From NCBI GenBank assembly GCA_052055015.1, contig JBQJIT010000063.1: DNA of 37,652 bases, one strand, 5' to 3'. The position numbers and the translations under genes were made by a program. Below the pieces are notes generated by a model that did not search any database, had not been told where the DNA came from, and saw only the letters and a list, made by a program, of their open reading frames with translations. Positions 30,488 through 37,652 of this stretch are shown here, in pieces. The DNA is from Malassezia furfur (taxonomy: Eukaryota). Position 1 is the first letter of the stretch; each line of letters starts with the position of its first letter.

Positions 30488-31694
30488 ATGCCCAAAGGAT
30501 ACGCCGTCAGTGACACGAAGAACTGGACCGACTTCAAGGTTATCGACTTCGACCTGAAGGTACGTTGTCGCCTTATACTGACCATCAGACGCCGGAAGAC
30601 GATGACATCGATGTCTCGATTACGCATTGCGGCATCTGTGGCTCGGATGTGCACACGATCTCGGGCGGATGGTACGTTACATGAGAGTATGATTAGTCGC
30701 TAACTACCAGGGGCCCTCTGAAGGTGCCTCAGGTCATCCCCGGCCATGAGATCATCGGCACGGTCACCAGTGCGTATGACGATGACAAGGCGTACTCACA
30801 TAACAGAGGTCGGCAAAAATGTCAAGGATATCAAGGTCGGTGACCGCGTCGGCGTCGGTGCGCAGGTGGGCAGTTGCGCGCACTGCTACCCTTGCACGCA
30901 CGACAATGAAAACTGTACGTATCTGTCACACGACACTTGCTCACACGACAGACTGTATTGGGGATGGCAAGGGTCACATGGTCGACACCTACAACTCGAT
31001 CTGGCCGGATGGCAGCATCGCCCAGGGTGGTTACTCGACCAACATCCGCGCCCCTGAGCAGTTTGTGTTCCCCATTCCCGAGGGCCTTAAGTCGGAGCAC
31101 GCGGCGCCTATGCTGTGTGCCGGTCTGACTGTGTACAGCCCGCTGCTCCGCAACAAGGTGGGCCCTGGCTCGCGCGTGGGTGTCGTGGGTATTGGTGGCC
31201 TCGGTCACTTCGCCGTGATGTTTGCCAAGGCGATGGGTGCTGAGGTCGTGGCCATTTCGCACTCGGCGAACAAGAAGGACGACGCGTTGAAGATGGGCGC
31301 TTCGGAATTCGTGTCTACCAAGGAGGACCCGGAGTGGTCGAAGAAGTACCTTAACAAGCCGTTTGATGTGATCATTAACACGGCTTCGTCCGCGGCTGTG
31401 GACCTTCCCGGCATGGTGGCGGCGCTGAAGACCGAAGGTCGCTGCATTTGTGTGGGCATGCCCGAGGATGAGATCAAGTTGCACGTTCAGGACCTGGCCA
31501 TGCGCGGTGCGTTCCTGGGCAGCAGTCACATTGGCAACAAGAAGGAGGCACTTTCGATGCTCCAGCTTGCTGCCGAGAAGAAGATTGAGCCGTGGATCGA
31601 GCTTGTGGACATGAAGGAATGCTCCAAGGCGGTTGAGCGCGTGTCCAAGGGTGACATCCGCTACCGCTTTGTTCTGAAGCAGGACCTCAACTAG
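30488..31694 (+). CDS. NADPH-dependent zinc medium-chain alcohol dehydrogenase (Adh6/7, cinnamyl-ADH type), 5 exons
   Basis: CGICGSDVH, GHEIIG, structural-Zn Cys cluster, APMLCAGLTVYSPL, GIGGLGH. Introns 30560-30588, 30672-30710, 30770-30806, 30915-30951. Confidence 0.94.
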
Positions 31695-31830
31695 ATGCGG
31701 TAGGGACCGTGCGCCTCCATAGTCCACCCAATATGTCTCGATTTGCAATCTTGCCGGCGGTTTCCGGTTTTCGGCCGAAAAGAGCCAACCGCCCGTGTGG
31801 ATCGCACTAGCGAACCTCGACTGAATCGCC

Positions 31831-32220
31831 ATGTCTGCATTCCGTGCCTCGTCTGCCGCGTTCCGTGCCTTCCGCGCGACCCCTCGCGCTTCCTACAATG
31901 CGCCGCGTTTCCAGCCGCACGTCGGCAACACGCTGTACGTATTTCCCTTGAGGTATTGAGACTAACACGACGCAGCTCGCCGCAATATATGATGAAGTAC
32001 GCAGTGCTTGTTGTGTGTAACCTAACCGCAGGTGGGTCCCCTCTATGGCGATCTGGGGTGTCTCGTCGGGTATCCTTGTGACGGTTCTTCTCAGCGGTGT
32101 GCCGCTTTTCCAGAAGGATGTGCTGGACAAGACCCCGGTGGCTTGGTTCTACGAGGGTACGTTGGGATGCGAGTGACTTACATGTCAGACAAGACTCCGG
32201 ACTCGGACAAGCCGTTCTAA
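31831..32220 (+). CDS. QCR10: Cytochrome bc1 complex subunit 10, 4 exons (absent from the ORF track)
   Basis: Spliced MSAFRASSAAFRAFRATPRASYNAPRFQPHVGNTLSPQYMMKWVPSMAIWGVSSGILVTVLLSGVPLFQKDVLDKTPVAWFYEDKTPDSDKPF*. Introns 31935-31975, 31997-32031, 32157-32188. Confidence 0.9.
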
Positions 32221-32749
32221 ATGTTGGTCGATAGCTGCAAAGACCACTTTTTTCCGCTATGCTTTGTGAGGTATGGTGTTCTCAGGCTTTAAGTCCGCAT
32301 GAGCTGCGTTGGTTTGGCTATCAGGTTTCTGCCTGTGTGCACTCGCATACATGAATGGAGTGATGTGGGCATGGGCTACCGTAGTTTTGTCTATGGTGTC
32401 AGCGGATCCGAGGCAGCATACGATTTTTCAGATCGCGTGCCGACCATGAAATCGCTGTTGTCCGGTTCGCTCGAGTGTCAGCCAAATTGGGCATCGGACA
32501 TAATCGACTGAATAATTTCCCCGTCGAAATTATTGCGCGTGCCGGCAGCGTGGTTGGATGGCGAAGTGACCTGGCCTGCCTCTTTCCAATATCATCATAC
32601 GTGCTTCTTTCGTTTCGCGTTTGAGCGCACGCTTAATCTGCCCATCTTCCCGGTTTAGGTGCCAGCTCCTTGAACCACTTGGACCGTGCCGCTCTGTTCC
32701 GTCTCCACTTGTTCCATCGCGTTTTTGTTCCCAGTCGTCCAAGAACTCG

Positions 32750-33475
32750 ATGCCGTTCAGCAACGCTGTCCCCGATTCGCTTCTTGACCGGAATCAGTCA
32801 TGGTCGAAATCGTTTGAATCGCAGCAGCCTGATATCGCACAGGCCCTGCGCGAGGGTCAACACCCCAAGGTGCTGTGGATCGGCTGCAGCGACTCTCGTG
32901 TGCCTGAAAGCGTTGTGTGCAATGCGCGGCCAGGCGAGCTGTTCGTGCTGCGTAACGTCGCGAACCAGTTCCATCTGCACGATGATAGTGCTGTGAGTGC
33001 CCTGACCTTTGCCGTGCAGGCGCTGGGAGTCGAGCATATCATTGTGGTTGGTCACACGTCGTGTGGGGGTGTCGCCGCGGCGGTCAAGCAGGTGCTGCGC
33101 GAGCGTGACGAAAGCATTTCGGAGGTGACGCAGAGCACGGCACTCACGCGTCACCTCACGCCTCTGACGGACCTGGCACGCTACCTCTACATCAAGCTGC
33201 ACGAGCGTCACACGATGGACGAAGCGCAGCTGCAGGAGCGGCTCATGCGCCTCGTCACCGAAGCGAGTGTGCGCCGGCAGATCCAGAACATTGTTGACCA
33301 CCCGGTTGTGCAGGACAACTGGCGTCAAAAGGTGTCGCCGCTGAACGGCAAGGTGAACCCGCGGGTAACGATCCATGGCTGGATCCACAACCTGGGCACG
33401 AGCCAGCTGTTGGACCTCGATGTGACCGTGAACCCCCCACCCCTGGAAGAGAAGGAAGCGGCTTCTTCTTCGTAG
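32750..33475 (+). CDS. NCE103: Beta-class carbonic anhydrase
   Basis: GQHPKVLWIGCSDSRVPE, PGELFVLRNVAN and GHTSCGG (Cys-His-Cys Zn ligands). Confidence 0.96.
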   Translation: MPFSNAVPDSLLDRNQSWSKSFESQQPDIAQALREGQHPKVLWIGCSDSRVPESVVCNARPGELFVLRNVANQFHLHDDSAVSALTFAVQALGVEHIIVVGHTSCGGVAAAVKQVLRERDESISEVTQSTALTRHLTPLTDLARYLYIKLHERHTMDEAQLQERLMRLVTEASVRRQIQNIVDHPVVQDNWRQKVSPLNGKVNPRVTIHGWIHNLGTSQLLDLDVTVNPPPLEEKEAASSS

Positions 33476-33488
33476 ACAATCCTCTGTG

Positions 33489-34715
33489 CTATAACGCGTC
33501 CCATCGAATACCTCCGCCCGGCCCGTACCGAGCCTTGTCTTCGAGCCAGGCATTCGCCTTGGCAAAGTGCCCGTTCCCCAAGAAGCCGCGATGGGCACTC
33601 AGTGGCGACGGGTGTGGCGAGCGAAGAATGAGTACGTTGGGCGATTTCTGCATGAGACGCACACGTACCTCGGTGATACCGGCCTCGGCGAGCGTTCGTG
33701 CCGCCGGCTGCCCCCATGCCAGGAACACGACGGGCTGTCCCGCAGTCTTGGTCGGCGTCTTGCCCTGCAGCATCGCATCGAGCGGGCCACCGGCTTTGCT
33801 GGCCGTCGATCCTGCGGCATTCTTGGCGATCGCCTTGAGAATGTCGCGCGTAAACGGCTCCCAACCGCGGTTGTGGTGCGAGCCTGCGTTGCCCGCATTG
33901 ACGGTCTGGGTCAGCGGCACAGCGTACCAAACACGCATTGAGCAACAACACGCCCTGGTTTGCCCATCCATTCAGACAGCTGGGTGAGTTTTGCGAAAAC
34001 CTACCCATGCTTCGGCGGGACAAAGTCGGGGTACTCGGCCTTGAGCTCCTTGTAGATATTTTGCAGGCTCGCGGGAACTGCCTTGCCCATCGGCACAGAG
34101 AACGAGTGGCCACACGCCTGGCCCGGCTGGTGATACGGATCCTGGCCGATGATGACGACCTTGACCTTTTCGAGCGGTGTCGTGCGCGACCAGCTGTGGA
34201 TGAGCTGCGGCGGGGGGAAAATGGTCTTCCCCGCGCGCTTCTCCCCCGTCCAGGAACTGTTTGAGGCTCGCAAAACTGTCACGGCGCATCGAGGGCTCCA
34301 GCCGGTTGAACCATTCCTTGTTCATCGTCGTGCGCTCCAGGGCGAGCGGATCGTCGGGCGTACCGGCATACGGCAAGTCGTAGGCAGGTGCGGGCGGGAT
34401 CGACCGGTCGGCGACTGGCGGTGTGCTAGACGCAGGCGAGCTCGACGGTGGTGTCGGTGGCATGCGCGCCGCAGCGCTGGGCGCCTTGTCTGGTGGGGAC
34501 GACGCGGGGCGCGTCGCGTCGCGTTCCGTCGGACGCGCCTCGGCGGATTCCACGGCGCGTAAAAGGTCCTCTTCTGGCACGTCGAACTCGTCAAACTCGT
34601 CGTGCGTGCTTGGCGCTACGTCCTTGGCATGGAGCGTGCGCGCACGCTTCGCGGCGGGACTCGTGATGGACATTGCTCGTACACCGCGCAGAGCCGATCG
34701 CGTCCAGAGATGCAT
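33489..34715 (-). CDS. UNG1: Uracil-DNA glycosylase (family 1) with an apparent +1 frameshift at 34243-34247
   Basis: [41 protein letters not shown]. Introns 33980-34004 (25 nt), 33906-33927 (22) and probable 33648-33668 (21). Confidence 0.92.
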
Positions 34716-34760
34716 GCGCGACGCGTCGCGTGGGGTCCCACGTGGCGACGACCGTGCGCG

Positions 34761-37652
34761 ATGCCTCCCAAGCAGGTGTCGTTGCACGCCTTCTTTGGGG
34801 GCGAGCGCGCGCCCAAGCGGGCCCGTACGGACGAGGGGGGTCATGCTGAAAAAGGTGAGGGCAGTCGTGCCGCGGTAGACGAGCAAGAGCCGCACGACGC
34901 GTCGGCCCCGCGCGATGCACCGACGCCGCACGCTGCGCCGACTCCACGCGCCGCGGCGCCAGCCAACCCCCTGGCGGTGCACCGCTTCGACCCGAATGAT
35001 GCGGTGCCGCACGCGATCCACGCGCGGCACTCGTTTGCGCAGGTCGTCAAGCCAACGGCGCGCACGGGTCCGGTCAAGTATACACCGCTCGAGCTGCAAA
35101 TTCTGCAGCTCAAAAAAGAGAACCCCGGCGTGCTGTTGCTCGTCGAGGTGGGCTACAAGATGAAGTTTTACCAGGAAGATGCGCAGATTGCGAGTCGTGT
35201 GCTCAATATTGTACGTGCAATGCTCACGCAGGCGTGCTTCCCCGAAAAGAACCTGCAGGCGGCGATGATTCCGGTGCCTCGCCTGGCGGTGCACGTCAAG
35301 CGTCTCGTCGCGGCCGGCTACAAAGTCGGTGTGTGTCGCCAAACGGAGACGCGCGCGCTCAAGGCGGCAACGGAAAACGCCAACAAGCCGTTTACGCGTG
35401 CGCTTACGGCGCTGTACACGGCAAGTACGTGGATCGACGACATCGGTGCGGTGCAGTCGCCCGAGGAGCTGGGCGGCGAGCAGGTCCTTGTGTCGCTCGC
35501 CGAGACCGCCGCCGGCGCGACCCGCGTACGGATCGGCCTGGTTGCCGTCGACATTGCGACGGCGTCGGTGACGTACGATGTATTTGTGGACGATGCGATG
35601 CGCAGTGTAAGTGTGGTGTTGACAACAGGAGCTCGAGACGCGGCTCGCGCACCTGGCGCCCAAAGAGCTGGTTCTGGCGCGCGGCACGAGCGCACAGACG
35701 GAGCGCGTGCTGCGTGCGTACGCCGCGCACCTGCCGGGCGAACGCCCCGCACGCATCGAAGAGGTCGACGCGGTGGATGCGTCGGCGGCGGCCTCGGCGC
35801 TCGCCGACGCGGCCGCGGCATGGGATGCGCAGGTACTGCCCCTGCTTACGTCGCTCGATGCGCATGTGCAGAGCGCGGCTGCCCAGCTCGTTCGCTACCT
35901 GGCTGCGTACGGCCTGACGTGGGCATTTGCCGAGGCCGGCAACTATGCCGCGTTCCAGGACCGAACCTGCATGCTCCTGAGCGGGCACACGCTGCGCAAC
36001 CTTGAGCTGATGCACAACGCGACCGACGGGCAGGTGTATGGCAGTTTGCTGTGGCATCTGGACCACTGCCGCACGCCGATGGGCAAGCGCCTGCTGCGGC
36101 AGTGGCTGCGGCGCCCGCTGCTGGACGCAGCGCAGATTGCGCGCCGTGCGGACGCGGTGGATGTGCTGCGCGAGCGGCGCCTTGCTGTGCTGCACCAGGC
36201 GGTCGCGATGCTCACGCGCCTGCCCGACCTGGCGCGCGGCCTGGCGCGCATCGCGTATGGTCTCGTAGAGCCGACCGAGCTCGCGACGGTGCTGCTCAGC
36301 CTGCACCGCATCACGCGCGAGTTTTCGTTCCGCGACGCCGCCGAGGTGCACTCGGGTGCGGCGCAGCTCGATGCGACGCTCGCGGCGCTGTCGACGGCGC
36401 GCGAGTGCGTTGCGACGCACCTCGCGGCGATCCGCGTGAGCGAGGCGCGCAAGAACGCCAAGACGGAGGTGTTTACGGATGCGGCGCGGTACCCCGAGAT
36501 TGCTGCCTGGAAGGAGCAGCTTGCGGACGACGAGGCCCAGCTGGCCGCGCACCTTGACGAGCTGCGTGTCACTCTACGGCGCCCCAAGCTGCAGTACACC
36601 AGCGTGTCCGGTCTCGAGAACCTGATCGAGGTGCGCGCGGGCGAGGCGAGCAAGACGCCGGCCGACTGGGTGCGTGTCAACAGCACCAAGGCTGTGGTGC
36701 GCTTCCACACGCCGACGGTGCTGCGCCTCGCGCGGCTGCGTGAGCAGCACCGCGAGCAGCTCGCCGAGGCGGGCCGTGTGGCGTGGCGCGACTTTGTGCA
36801 GTGTGTCGCACGCGACTATGGTGCGATGCGCCGCGTGGTGCGTGCAGTTGCCGAGCTCGACGCGCTGACGTCGCTCGCGGACGTCGCATCGCTGCCCGGC
36901 TACACGCGCCCGACGCTCTCCGACGAGGACGCCGTGGTGCTGCGTGCGTTCCGGCACCCTGTGCTCGAGGCGCTGCGCCCGCTGCCGTACGTGCCGAACG
37001 ACGTCGCGCTCGGCGGTGCGAGCCCCCGCGCGGTGCTGTTGACCGGCGCCAACATGGGCGGCAAGTCGAGCACCGTGCGTGCGCTGGCGCTCGTGCTCAT
37101 CCTCGCACAGATTGGGTCGTTTGTGCCGTGCGCCGAGGCGCGTGTGCCGTGCCACGACGCCATCCTCACGCGCATGGGTGCGCACGACCACCTCGAGCGG
37201 GGCAAGTCGACCTTCCTGGTCGAGGCCGAGGAGACGGCGCACATCCTGCGTACGGCGACGCCGCGCTCGCTGCTCATACTGGATGAGTTCGGGCGCGGCA
37301 CGTCGACGTTTGACGGGGCGGCGCTGGCGTACGCGGTGCTGCGCACGCTGCTCGCGCCCGAGGCGCGGCCCAAGGTGCTGTTCATCACGCACTATGCGGC
37401 GCTCGGCGCGCTCGCCGACGAGCTGCCCGGGCGTATCGCGAACCTGCACATGGCGACGCGCCTCGACACGCACGGCGACCACACCGAGGTCGTGTTCCTG
37501 CACACGCTGTGCGCCGGCCTTGCGCCCGCGTCGCTCGGTGTGTACGTCGCGGGCCTCGCGGGGCTGCCGGCAGCGCTTGTCGAGGAGGCCGTGGCGCATG
37601 CGCGCGCGCGGCGCACGGCCAACAAGCTGTACCGCCTGCAGTCCGGGCAGAC
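34761..37652 (+). CDS. MSH3: MutS homologue Msh3 (3' truncated by window)
   Basis: PIP box QVSLHAFF, YTPLELQ...LLLVEVGYKMKF (Msh3-type), GYKVGVCRQTETRALK, TGANMGGKSS, DEFGRGTST. Introns 35211-35231 (21 nt) and 35607-35628 (22). Confidence 0.94.

Noticed and set aside
27200..30500. Low-GC block as a horizontally acquired island
   Set aside because: Contains conserved eukaryotic genes with host-type introns, and no sharp boundaries, integrase or terminal repeats.
33972..35756. 594-aa minus-strand ORF
   Set aside because: Chimera of MSH3 antisense sequence and the UNG1 N-terminus, which then runs out of frame at the homopolymer indel.
1..37652. Prokaryotic operon, CRISPR, defence-system, transposon, tRNA or rRNA interpretation
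   Set aside because: Spliceosomal introns and eukaryote-specific genes occur throughout; no repeat-spacer arrays, transposase or RT motifs, cloverleafs or rRNA sequence were seen.

Overview
This is eukaryotic fungal DNA: a very gene-dense, GC-rich basidiomycete-yeast chromosome segment. The gene set, tiny intergenic gaps and tiny introns fit Malassezia, though the species cannot be determined from the sequence. About 27 protein-coding genes are reconstructable. In order: Kel1/Tea1 3' end, RFC4, a membrane hypothetical, an IZH/PAQR receptor, PDX3, a FMP32/CCDC90-like gene, GTR1, NVJ2, a HExxH hypothetical, sphingolipid C9-methyltransferase, a Pro/Ser-rich hypothetical, ESS1, a sedolisin/TPP, RIT1, an acyl-CoA-ligase-like/GH105 fused ORF, NADP-IDH, an ORT1-like carrier, a DUF3844-like protein, a histidine acid phosphatase, a cis-prenyltransferase, TMA23, COQ10, a Zn-ADH, QCR10, a beta-carbonic anhydrase, UNG1 and MSH3 (truncated by the window). 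Many ORF-track entries are exon fragments or shadow frames. Main observations: 33 hand-reconstructed GT-AG introns of only 21-41 nt (median 25); two intergenic structured-RNA candidates, one with a clean H/ACA layout; a two-enzyme-fold fusion ORF; a GC trough centred near 29.5 kb; dual-targeting signals on IDH; and a single-base frameshift in UNG1. No mobile elements, CRISPR arrays, rRNA or tRNA were seen. All family assignments come from motif recognition, not database searches.
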